DNA of 41,996 nucleotides, taken from contig NKIB01014621.1 in the NCBI GenBank assembly GCA_002256025.1, positions 1 to 41,996 on the forward strand, given 5' to 3'. Numbering within the stretch: the first letter of the stretch is position 1; each line of letters begins with the position of its first letter. The notes under the pieces were generated by a model. That model had not been told where the DNA came from and ran no database searches. It worked only from the letters and a program-made list of their open reading frames with translations. Made by a program: the position numbers and the translations under genes. Source of the DNA: Asterionella formosa (taxonomy: Eukaryota). Of the stretch, positions 10,851-22,512 are shown piece after piece.

Positions 10851-12420
10851 GTGTGAAAGTACTCTACTCTATATATATAGTGGCTGGAGTCACATGATTT
10901 GCCAATCAAATGTGATAAATTCTAATTGTAGGATGAAACAAGTTTTTCAGTTGGTGTTTGTTACTTTCATCTAGTATGTCGTTGCTTTGTACAAGTTGGC
11001 TACTTCCACTTGCTACTACTACTACTATATGTAGCGACAGCAAAATCCTTGACATTTTATTCTTCTTATTTTTCTCAATCTATCTCCTCCCCTAGTAGCC
11101 ATGGAACAAGATCCAATGACAAAGCAGCCATGACAGCTATATATATATAATCAAAAAATTATTAGATTAATAATAAAATGCTAAACAAGCAATGCATGTC
11201 ATTCATTGGACTACAGTACTTGTACTAGTACTAGTAGGAGGAGGAAAAGAAGAACAGACAGAGAGTGGCTGAAAAAGCAAAGAAGAAAGTTTTGGATTGT
11301 ACAGAACCATTGAATCACCAGATGCAAGCGGCATCATTCAGAACACTTAACAACAAACAGCCACACAAATGGATGGTGGTGGTGGCACAAGCAAAAACAA
11401 TGGTGTTGTGGTACAAATGAATTGGCAATGCACTGCCCAGCATGCATTGTTACTTGCAACAGAACAACTACTACTGCTGAACTAGGTATGTTGATACAAT
11501 GAGGAGACTAGTTGGTGGCAATGCACCAGTACAGCAACTTGCCAGATCGTATTGTTGACACTTTCATTATTACAACAATATCAATTCTACCAAATAAATC
11601 ACAGTAGCAGAACCACTCCAATCATCTCTCTTTTTGTGTAATTTTAGTTCCCCTTTGCCATGATTGTTGCTTCCACCAGCTCTAGTCAATAATTGGTGTA
11701 TAAATGGTAGTAGTTGCACATTTTAAAATGATAAAATCTCTGACTTGACAAATGCTGGGGCTTCATGCTGGTGCAGTTCAATGTAGCATGTACCACTAGT
11801 AGTCATTTTGTCAAGTGTTTCAAAGTGGATGATGATGCAGTTTTAGTAGTTCCAAAGGCAAGTGTACTACTGCTAGTTTCTTTTTGTTCACATTCTAATA
11901 GCGCTTTAAAAATTTAAACCCCTTACTACTAGATCTTTGTTGTCGTTATTCAATTTTTTTCAAAGGGTACTTCACCATGTCTTTTGTTAGCCACATTATT
12001 GTGGTGCCAACTTTGTCTACTACTAATAATGTAGCTACTAGCGATAGCACCATTTGCTTGGTAAAAAAAGCACCTCCGTTGTTAGCTACATTTTATAGAT
12101 AACTCTGTACTTTGCATGAGGGTTTGGTACTTCTTCAGTTCATTATACTACTACATTGTTGTAATATCCGAAAATATGAAAAAATACGGTATATTGTGAT
12201 GGTCTCCAGAGCATTTCAGGATGCATACCAGTATATATGTTGACAGTACTACAAAATCACTGTATATTACTATCATGGTGCAAACTACCAGTAGTGTGCA
12301 TGTTGAAAAAATTTGGGATGTTGCTTGCACACAAGCAATTGCGCTGGGCGTAGTAGTAATAATTATACTGGTAAGCAATCCAACTTGAAGAAAAGCATTT
12401 AATGTTCTTTCATTTGTTGA

Positions 12421-12540
12421 GCAAACCCTCTAGGCAAAAATTAATATATTGCTTTGGGTTGCTGTAGCTAATTTCCTGGAACTAAGAATTTTTTAAAAAT
12501 CTTTTATACGCTTGTGCGTGCATACATAGTAGATTCTGCC
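12421..12540 (+). mobile_element. Relic of a Kolobok-family terminus
   Basis: aaccctctaggcaaaaattaatatattgctttgggttgc...ctggaactaagaattt aligns with 29296-29358. Confidence 0.65.
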
Positions 12541-12739
12541 CTATGGTTGTCAGGATTTAACAAGAAGGTTCTGGGTAATTATGAGCTTAGTAGTGATTAG
12601 TGTATCTATAGTAGCTCCTAGTCCAACAAGGGGACTCAGCACAAGGGTCTTGATGAGAAGGGTACATACTATGTGTCAAGAGTCCATGCTGGGTGTCATG
12701 TTTTAGCCTAGTAGCATTGGAACATCTATTCTAGAGGTA

Positions 12740-13196
12740 CATTTGGTGTATTGGGGTTGGGTTTGGAAGCATCTTGGGGGAAGCCACAGTTGGCATTAGT
12801 GGGAGTGTCCTTGGGCCAATCAAAGGTGGTGGAGAGGTACTATGAGGAGGCAAATTGCGAGGAAAAGGCGATTTCATGATTGGCAGAGCCAGCCAGGTAA
12901 CGTAAAACATACTTGGCTGTTTAGCGGGGTGGCATAGGAGTTGTGCTGATCCAGGAGATTGAGGGCAACAGAGACATCAGGATGTGTGCTGATGGCCAGC
13001 CAAGTTACTGGCTGGTGGTATTGTGTAATAATGGCGGCGCAAGCTTTGGGAGAAAGTTCAGCACCATCAGCAGGCACAATGCGGTCATAGATCAGGCCAG
13101 GAGAGCGATAAGGGGTAGGGACATGGCGACTATCCACTGTATCAAAACGGTCAAGGAGATTGCGAAGGTAAGCCTCCTGAGATAAATGAACACTGA
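12740..13196 (-). pseudogene. Copia RT C-terminus / RNase H start remnant (CoDi-like)
   Basis: SVHLSQEAYLRNLLDRF...PTPYRS...TWLAISTHPDVSVALNLL, then NANCGFPQDASKP, resembling the DANWGxQDAS start of the RNase H region in diatom Copia. Confidence 0.8.
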
Positions 13197-14000
13197 GGGG
13201 GGGGGGGGAGTTCAAAAAAGTACTTTAAATCTATACATCTAATCGCACCTGCTGGGCCAAAATGACACAAGAAGAAAAAGCGATCAAGGTAGCCGGAAAC
13301 GTGTTTGGGGATGTCGTCCTTCTAATATCTCAATTGCTTTGCTGGGTGAGGTGGAGCCGTGCTCTGTCTCCCAGTGTTATACCCCCCTTGTTGTGCCATG
13401 CTTGAAACGCGATTTGTGCTGTCTTTATCCACAACAATTTTTGTTTTATGGTATGATGTTTCATGCGGATATTTACTGGCACTAAGAAATGGCTTTGGTC
13501 TCTTGGGTTTAACATGTCCTTGACATCATACATGCATGTGATTAGAGCGTCCAATTCCCTGTGCAGTATCCTATCTTGGTCCTCTTCTGTTTCCCCATAC
13601 ATACACATGTTCCTTGCTTTCCATCATGCAAGGCCAAAATCCCAGATTTTCAGAACCAAGTCGGAACTCCATTTCTGATCTTATAGCCCTGTTGTCATGT
13701 ATCTGTCGGTTACAACAGTATAACGACGAGTTTTCTATGGCCCAGTACTTGCTCATTCTGCCCCTGAATACTTTTTTTACCCTATATCTTGTTGATTCAT
13801 GAAATTGCTTCCCAGGTAGCCTTCCCGATAGCGTCGTGTCTCTGTGGAATTGTACCTTCCCATGTAATTCTGCATTCATAAAAACACTGTTGGTTGCCGT
13901 ATGCAAACATGTTGATAACAAAGGGACACGTGTTCCTGTCCATCCGAATGGAACTTATAAGCTCAGTCCTCCCCTTGGTATGTTCCTCAATAGTGCTCTG
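13197..14000 (-). pseudogene. Decayed non-LTR retrotransposon 3' end
   Basis: Frameshifted motifs QQDIG*KKVFRGRMSKYWA and WKARNMCMYG...LLWIKTAQ, similar in type to the 5 kb remnant. Ends next to a C12 tract adjoining the Copia RT; cut at 14000 by the CATCTACAAC element. Confidence 0.6.
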
Positions 14001-14389
14001 CATCTACAACGCCAATTACTGGTACAGCCGCCACAAAAAAACGCTAGTCAAAATGATCACCCAAATTAATTATTTGGGTGGCCCAATATGACGAATTTAG
14101 CTACATACATAATTAAATGGTGTGACATCAGATAAAAAATATGATGCATCATACAATATATATATGAACGGTGTGAACTAAAAAAGTTTCGACAACTTCC
14201 ATAATTATTTTAGAAACCAAAATAATTTTTGGGGCCAACTGACAATATTTTCTGGCGACACGAAGAAAAATTTGTTCAGTAATAATCTGTATAAAACGGT
14301 ACTTTTCTCTACAATTCGCAACATTTCCGTTCACAAATATTCTTCACTCTGACTATCATTAATTCTGTTAGTTTTCTCCCATTTTATCT
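14001..14389 (+). mobile_element. Second copy of the repeat at 1-388 (right boundary unknown)
   Basis: Starts catctacaac and is the reverse complement of 1-388. No matching opposite terminus found in the window. Confidence 0.75.
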
Positions 14390-14721
14390 TTACTTTGATC
14401 ACATTAATACCTCAAGGTTAAACAAATATATTTGCTAGTCAAAAAAATAAATATGTGTAACCAATCAACATTTAAATTAAATTCTAGCTACAATCGCAAA
14501 ATTAATCAAATTAATTGTTTCGCTATATAGTTTATATTGATACTTTCTATAGAACGTGATTCTCAAACCAATACGACAAGCAATTGATGTTCATTCTTGC
14601 AGCGGGATGCTGTAACAACTCACAAGATTGCCTGGCTACTCATAGTACTTGCAGGAGTCCCTGTTGCTACTATCGGTAGATCAATTTATAGCAAATGAGC
14701 CGGCTGCTCATTCTCATTGCT

Positions 14722-15405
14722 CAGATTGATTGTCTGTTGTAGAAAGAGGGCAACATTTGCAGAGTGAGTTGATGAGAAAGCAAAAGTTGCGAAGCCATGA
14801 TTTCGGTTCTGTTGTGCTCCTTACCATGTTCCCCAATGTCCAACCCAGCCCTCATCAAATTGATTGTCTGCAATCAATGAACAACGGTCGCAGAGTGAGT
14901 TCATAAAAAAGAAATTGTTACAAAGGCATCATTCTCGTTGTGCTTACCATAACGCCTGATTCCCAACAAATCCCTTGCTCAACAGATTGATTGTTTGTAG
15001 ACAAAGAACAGCGTTTGCAGAGTAAGTTTGTGATCAGCAAGTAACAAGCACACAATTAAGCCCTTCTTCTAATTATGTACAAATAGGCAATGCCTGCGAT
15101 AACAATTCCGAACAAAGACAAAGGAGAATAGGAGAGGAGATACACCCAAAGCAAGCAACAGCAAACAATATCAGCAGAAGGCAAGAAAACATTGCATTTG
15201 CTTACCATGTATATATTTGTCCCCTATGCAAAAGAGAATCCTTTCAACAATGCGAATGACAAATGATTGATAGCCTGCCTGACACAGGATAGCCTTCCTG
15301 ACACAGGCAGAGCACGACGCATTTCATTATTCCCAAGGTTCAACCCTGCCCTACCAAAAACAGATTGATTTTCTTTAGAAAAAGAACAAGGTTCGCAGAG
15401 TAAGT
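14722..15405 (+). repeat. Degenerate array of four 36/39-nt cassettes with splice-site-like flanks
   Basis: cag|ATTGATT...GCAGA|gt(g/a)agt at 14725-14763, 14859-14894 (acceptor caa), 14986-15021 and 15364-15399. Confidence 0.7.
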
Positions 15406-15409
15406 TCAT

Positions 15410-15779
15410 GACTGACCACTTTTCCAATTGGATAACCATGGACGAGGTCTTCATTCTATTTATTCAATTATATGCCAATGGTACAATTACTTTTCAACAA
15501 ACGATGCATACTACGGAACGAATTAATATCCATTACATCAAACCTTTTCAAAGGTAAAAGGTTTTCCCTTGGTGTGGGAGAGTGAGCGATCTTGCGCATC
15601 AATACAGATGTATATAGGGTTAGTGTTATATCATATATGTATCAGAACTCAATAATGAGAGAACTCGACTTACCCTCATTGTATACTTTGGTGTCGACTT
15701 AGAGAACGAGTTACACCCAAGGATTAACAAATAAGCTCATATATTCAACAAATACTACTACTTCTTGTTAGATACTTCA
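15410..15779 (+). mobile_element. 3' fragment of a second Gypsy copy: integrase C-terminus, PPT and LTR (15583-15779)
   Basis: IQLYANGTITFQQ...ERINIHYIKPFQR*, then gtgtgggagag, then TGAGCGATC...GATACTTCA followed by ccagg. Inverted, diverged homolog of 15799-16140. Confidence 0.88.
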
Positions 15780-15798
15780 CCAGGTACCAGGTGCCAGG

Positions 15799-18700
15799 TG
15801 AAGTATCTAACTAGAAATAGTAGTATTTGTTGAATATATGAGCTAATATCTTATGTACAACTTGTTTTCCCAAGTTGACATCAAAATATACAACAGGTGT
15901 TAGTCGAGTTCTGATATATTTGATATAACCCTAGCCCTATATATATATGTATCAATGTGCAGGATCGCTCATTCTCCCACACTTGAGGGAAAACCTTTTA
16001 CCTATGAAAAGGTTTGATACGACGAATATTATTTCGTTCTGTAATATGCATAGTGCGTTGAAAAGTATCTGTACCATTGGCATGTACTTGAATAATAGTT
16101 TAAGGACCTCATCCACGATCATCCAAAGTAGTAGGATTATCCAAAAGTATTAAAATCTCATCACCCACTTTGTAATCATAAGATCGACGACGAAAATTAA
16201 CGCGACATAAACGTTCGTCGATTATAACCTGTCGACGTTGATGTATCAATTGTAAATCTGTAATCAAAGGAACATTTAAAATCATATCACGTTGAAGAAC
16301 CCATGCACCTGGTGAAATACGTAATATACTATGAATAGTAGTTCAAGCTGCATATGATGCAGTTGCAAAACACGTATCCACAATATTTTGGACTTGAAAT
16401 TCATTGATTGGAGGATGAGCCTTTAACATAACTCGTAGACTATTGCTGATAGATTGATGTAAACGTTCACAGATAGCATTTGCTTGTAGATTCTTTACTG
16501 TAGTAGTCACATCTTTGATTCCATTCAATACTAACATGTGTAAGAAAGGAGCACCAGTAAATTCACCTCCATTGTCATGTATACAGCGTTCTGGACGGGT
16601 ATATCTGGCTAACCAATCATTTTCAAATTTCATTGCAATATATTCTGATGTTTTATTGGTGATACGTGAAATTTCTGCTAAATTGGTGACTGTGTCAATA
16701 CAAGTTAGAGCACGAAATTCAAATACTTGAGTTGCCACTGTTATCTTCCATGGACCAATTGTTAGATCTACTGCAACCTCTGACCATGGGTGGAAGTTCA
16801 CCAAAGCCAGTACCAGGTAATTTTGTACATTGACATGCTTCACATACTCTTACAATATGCTCCACTCTTGCTTTCAATGTAGTGTGATAAAGATGTGTGG
16901 CAATTGTAGCATTTAATCTTGTCATACCCACATGAGCTAAGATCTGATGATACCAATTAATAATAGGATCCAATAATGAAATAATGATGTAGGAATAGCA
17001 ATACGCCAAGTATCTCCTGGATTCTTCACAAAACATATTAAAAATAAATCATGAAAATTGATAGAAGGAAATTTTAATGGATGCGTTGGTTGATTGAGAA
17101 TCAATTGTATATCCAGCAATTGTCTATCATGTATTAAATGATAATCCAGAGGATATTGAATATTGTCTGTCAAGATGGGATGATTAAGGAAACATGTAAG
17201 CAAAGGTTCATCATCTAATTCAATTGAAAAGTTAGAAATGGATATTGATGTTGGAGAGTTCGGTCCAATATCAATATCATCTCCCACCAAAGGCTCAAGC
17301 CTCGGGAGGTGAGAGATGGAATCTGCAATAGCATTGTCAGTCCCTTTCACATAGTGAAAAGTAGGATGATAATCTTTAATGTAAAGTCTCCATTGGAGAA
17401 AACATTTAGTATGTAAAGTATTATAAATAAGATTTTGATGATCAGAGTAAAACTGCGCCCAATAACATAGAGCGAAATTCTTTGAACGTTTCTACCACCG
17501 AAAGTGAATCTTTTTCAAAAGTAGTATAACTCTTTTGAGCAGCAGATAATTTTGCGAGAATAATAAGCAACTGTCAGATCATTTTGCATAATGACCGACC
17601 CTAATTGATAATCAGCCAGAGGCATCAGTAAAGATATGAAAAGGAAGATTATGGTCAGGATAACGCATGAGTGTATCTGCAACTAACAATGCCTTCATTT
17701 CTTCAAAAGCTGGTTGATTTATAGGCGACCAGACAAATGGACTAGTTCCTTTTAAATCTGTGAGCGGTCCAAGAACATTAGATCGTCTAGGAACATGTCT
17801 CGATAGTACGTAAAAGCACCGAGAAATGATCGAACTTGTTTCAGATTGGTAGGTGAAGACATATTTATCAATGCTCGGAACTTTGTAGACCAAGGTTTCA
17901 GTCCATTAGGATTTAACCAATAGCCTAACCAATCTGTCTCTTGGACTGCCCATTCACACTTAGATGGACTAATTGTAAAACCATTTGCCTGTAAACGATG
18001 TAAAATAGTATCCAATAAATGAATGTGATCCGAAAAATTAATCGAAAAACAACCGACATCATCAATATAAATTTCCACGTCATCTAAATCACTAAGGATC
18101 TGTTCCATAGTTTGTTGTGCAATATCAAATCATGATTGTTTCACTCCCATAGGGAGACGTAAATATTTATATAAACCAAATGGAGTGGAAAAAACGCATA
18201 AATTTTGACTCTCCATATCCAATGCGAAAGTATAGTATTGCATAGAAACATCCAATTTGGTGAAGAATACATATCCAAAACGTTTAGTGAGAATAGTTTG
18301 TTTGTATTCGAGGTAACAGATATATATTGCGATTGATGACTTTATTGAGTTCACGAAAATCTGATACCGATCGGACACTTCCATCCTTTTTTAATCAAGG
18401 TGGGAGATGCCCATTTAGAAGCACGACATTTTTGTAGGACTCCAATGTCACATAATCGTTGTAATTCAGTTTTGAAAACTTCCAAATCAATATGAGCGAC
18501 CGGATATGCTCGTTGATGACGAGGGACAGCATTTGATAATAATTCCAAATGTACCTCTTTATGAGGATAGACTTTTAATTTGCTATCAAATAATGTTTGA
18601 TATTTAACCAATATAGTTCGTAAACATGATCATTGTATTGTTGTCAAATGTATCTGTTTATCCACCACTGTATCAATATTCAAATAATTATATTCAGCAG

Positions 18701-20571
18701 CTTTAATTTCCAGCTTATATGAAGATTCCATAGTCATAGATGCATCAAAATATAATAATACATCACGTAAACGTTCTGCATCATCAAAGAATGTGAGAGA
18801 ATGCATAGGAACAGTTATATCCCTCCACTATCGAATAATAACAGGGACATCGGAATCAAATCAATTGATGTTAATAAATCCTTAGAAGTAAAACAGGAAA
18901 CCGGAATTGGGCCCTGATATGTATGTAGAACCTCATGTCCATCGATACATTTATATATGTCCCGCGTTACAGCAACAGCGGTATTCATAGTGTATTCAAC
19001 CTTTAAATAAACAATATTATCCAGGTGGTGACTAACGTGAGATATACTCAATGAGTCATTATAAATAGCATCGCTATTATCGCACATACCTCTGTGATGG
19101 CGATCAGCAATCTGCTATTGTGTAGTAGGGACAAAAGTCACTATCTGACCAGCAGGAGGGTTCGTGACCATTGAAATTTCCTGGGCCGATGTATTCTCGG
19201 TAGTATCGGCACATGGCATGGTACCCCAACCGGATGGACAAGTATTATGACCCCATGCATTTAACATACGAGCATGTTGAATAGGCACAGGGTTAGCAGT
19301 TTCAGTATGGTAGCTTTCCGCAGGATTGCTGTGTGAACCGCCTCCACGACCACCAAAATGTCCTCGTCTACTGAAACTGGAACGGCCACGTCCATTATGA
19401 CGACCAGCCATGGACCTGCTCGACCACCTTGAGTACGAGGGTTCTGGAAGCACTTGCCCCAAGTATTTGCACCTTCAGGATGTACCGGGCAAGGACCACG
19501 ATAATCATGGTACGTACGACTGGCTTGTAGAGCTTGATGACGAGCAGTCGCCTGACGATCCCATGCGCGACCAGCTGTATTGACAATAGCACGCGCTCTT
19601 CAACGACCACTTGGAGTAAACTTATCCTTGTAGAATTGACGACTGACACGCTCGTTTTCTTGACGCATCACACGATTGCCTTCAGCAGTACGAAGATGAT
19701 TTTGCGTGATTGCTTGAAAACTGTTCTTGGGAAGATGCTTGTTTCGATCCTTAAACGATTGTTGACTTTCGAAATAAGCGAGAAACGAGCGAATTGATTG
19801 GTCTGAAGTTTTAGCATGATTCAATTCAAACTCTTGTTGCCACTCATCGGGCATAGAACGGATGGATGATGATCCGCATATCTTCTTTTGACAATCCGTT
19901 TTAATCTTCTGGATGAGGCATTAGTTGAAGTAGCCTGTTCAAAGTTTTGATACGAGCTCCGAAATCCATAACCAACATAGAAAAGGGTTTAGATAAGTAA
20001 CGAAGCATCCATTGTTGCTGACGTTGAAAACTCTCGTTTGGTAAACAATCGTCTATCCACTAAGTCATAGCTTCATCGAAACTATTGTAGGATTGATCTT
20101 CTGGGTGTATTTCCACATTCAACCAATCTGATAAGGCAATGTCAGGAAAAGGTATCTGCAGGGCTAAAGGCACATGTGTTATACATGTCACAAATTTGAT
20201 TCACTCCGATCAAAAATGCTTCCACAGAGCTTCCATTGATTATATCTCGATCAAATGATTCAAACCTTCCACCGGTTAAAGCAACTCTGAATGTTTTAGT
20301 CTTGATAGTCAATACATTGCAATCTTTAATCAAAGGAATCACAGGAACCCTTGAATACATTACCATGTTTTTTTTCTTCTAATTGGACTCTTTTTGAATT
20401 CAAAGTGAAGTATCTAACTAGAAGTAGTAGTATTCATTGAATATATGAGCTAATTAATCTTATGTACAACTTGTTTTCCCAAGTTGACATCAAAATTTAC
20501 AACAGGTGTAAGTCGAGTTCTGATATAACCCTAACCCTATATATATCTGTATCAATGTGCACGATCGCTCA
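15799..20571 (-). mobile_element. Full-length decayed Ty3/Gypsy LTR retrotransposon
   Basis: LTRs 20406-20571 and 15799-15971 (TG...CA on minus), 5-bp TSD ccagg (15794-15798 / 20572-20576), PPT tgtgggagaa. Order gag (from 20366), protease relic LLFDSGG, RT (KLDVSMQYY, RLPMG, YIDD), RNase H (FTDAS), integrase (H-H-C-C; DLTIGPW, HDNGGEF, NAICER). Many frameshifts. Confidence 0.95.
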
Positions 20572-20582
20572 CCAGGTACCTA

Positions 20583-22015
20583 TGTTTACTTTTGCATGTA
20601 TCGTGTTGCATCATGATGTAAACCTACAGGGCTATCACACATGTGAAAAAGCTACCTTCATGTGGAGAAATTGTGATTGGTTGAACCCTCTATGTGAAGC
20701 AACATATGATGAGGAGGGTCCATGTGGAGTTTTTATATCTTACGAGGTTTACGGTATGTCAAAAATAAAACAGGCCAATTCGTCTTTAGATAGCATGTTA
20801 TCAGATTATGAGACCGAGTCTACTAGTTCAAAAGCCAACGAAGAGTGACAAGTAGAACGATGGATCCGAAAGTGGTGGAATTGAGTGGAATGACTCAACA
20901 TGAGTTAGAAACACTCGCAAACGCCGGTTTGACAAATACAGACAACCTTTCCGTCCTCGAAGAAGCGGACATCGTTTACTTACTTCCCAACTCTTCTATC
21001 CTGCTTAGGCGCAAGTTGGCAAGACTTGGGACATTTCTGGCAAGAGGACATGTCGTAGACGTCCAAACAACTATGCAGAATGTCATGGTGACACTAAGCA
21101 TTCCCATGGCCACTACGGCACAAGCAGTTGTACCAGCAGTACCAACCATGCCTGTAGACCCTACGCGTGGGGCCCCGAAAATATATGTTGATGCACTCAA
21201 GGATTTTTCCGGGGATCCAATCGACTGGGAGGAATGGTACATTGGTACAGGTGCAACACTTGGGCAGACGGCATATGCAACACTTTTGACAGATACAGGC
21301 AAGCCAGTACCAGCTGATGCAGTAGGTGTGGCATGTGACCGTGAATTATACAACATGCTAAAGAAAGCATGCACAGTATGAAAGAGCAGAAGTATCAAGG
21401 ACCATTATTGATCACTTCAGGAATCAACTCAATGAGTAAAGACTATCCAAAAAGGTGAAAGCCAACGAGTACATAAACACGTTCATTCTCTACAGTCGAA
21501 AGTTGGAAGATAAACATGAAGGCTACACTGAAGCAACAAAGCGGACTAAATTCCTTGATCAAATTGAGGATGAAGACTATGATGTTTGCGTTCAGAACCT
21601 TCGTGGTGACACCAACAAGACTTTTCATGAGTGCGTTCAACGTATTTGGAGTAGTGGAAAGATTCTCATGAGAGAGTTCCACCAAGGCAAGGCGTGCAAC
21701 AACTTTTACAAGTAGAGGTGGAGCCACACCTAAATCATCTAAAGACAACCAAATTCCTTTCCTCCCCACACACTTACTCAATACAATTGAATCCAATTCT
21801 ACCAAGAAAGATCTATTTAAGTGGATAAGTGTCTGGAATAATGAAGGAAAGGCAATTGGTGTCAACAAGTTGACTGGCGCCAATGGAGATGCCAAAAAAG
21901 ACGACAACTCAGTCGAATCTGACGAGGGATGCCACTCTAACAACAAGCCAAAGACCAGAAAGCGCAAGAAGAAGGCTAGAAGGACAAAGACCTCAGCTTC
22001 TGGATTATACGTCTG
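20583..22015 (+). mobile_element. 5' part of a Copia-like (CoDi-type) element: LTR 20583-20803, PBS 20804-20815, decayed gag
   Basis: TG...CA segment followed by gattatgagacc, complementary to the elongator tRNA-Met anticodon arm (GTCTCATAATC). Gag-like KDFSGDPIDWEEW...GATLGQTAY and ANEYINTF...KRTKFLDQIEDEDYD with stops and deletions. No pol seen. Confidence 0.7.
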
Positions 22016-22432
22016 AAAATAAAAATTATCATGAATACATGATCAAGGGTATAATACGCTAAGTGGGACAGGATTTTTACATATATGATAGTTTTTCGAT
22101 CAAAAATATGATCAATGTATCATATAATTATGATCATGCAGTAAACTTTTACCAAGCTTGAAGTATGTTGATACTATCATAGTTATAATACCATTGCATC
22201 AAATAAAAAGTTAAACATGGTCAAATGATGTGTATACTTTTGTCATACATCTATCTTAGCATGATCGTAATTCTCATCGGTATCACTGTCTAATATAGGA
22301 TAAAATTGATCGAAATTTAGAACTATATTTAAGAATGGTTTTATGTTTCTATATCTTGAGTGGCTACAGAATGTCCTACAATGCTCTCATCGCAATGATA
22401 AATGCTTCAGCTTTCACTTCCACTTCCACCGT

Positions 22433-22440
22433 GGGGGGGG

Positions 22441-22482
<42 letters not shown>

Positions 22483-22512
22483 CGGGGGGNNNNNNNNAAC
22501 CCCCCCCCCCCC
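22433..22512. other. Poly-G / N gap / poly-C: assembly break
   Basis: Long G run, 8 N, then C run. Contiguity across it is not guaranteed. Confidence 0.9.
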
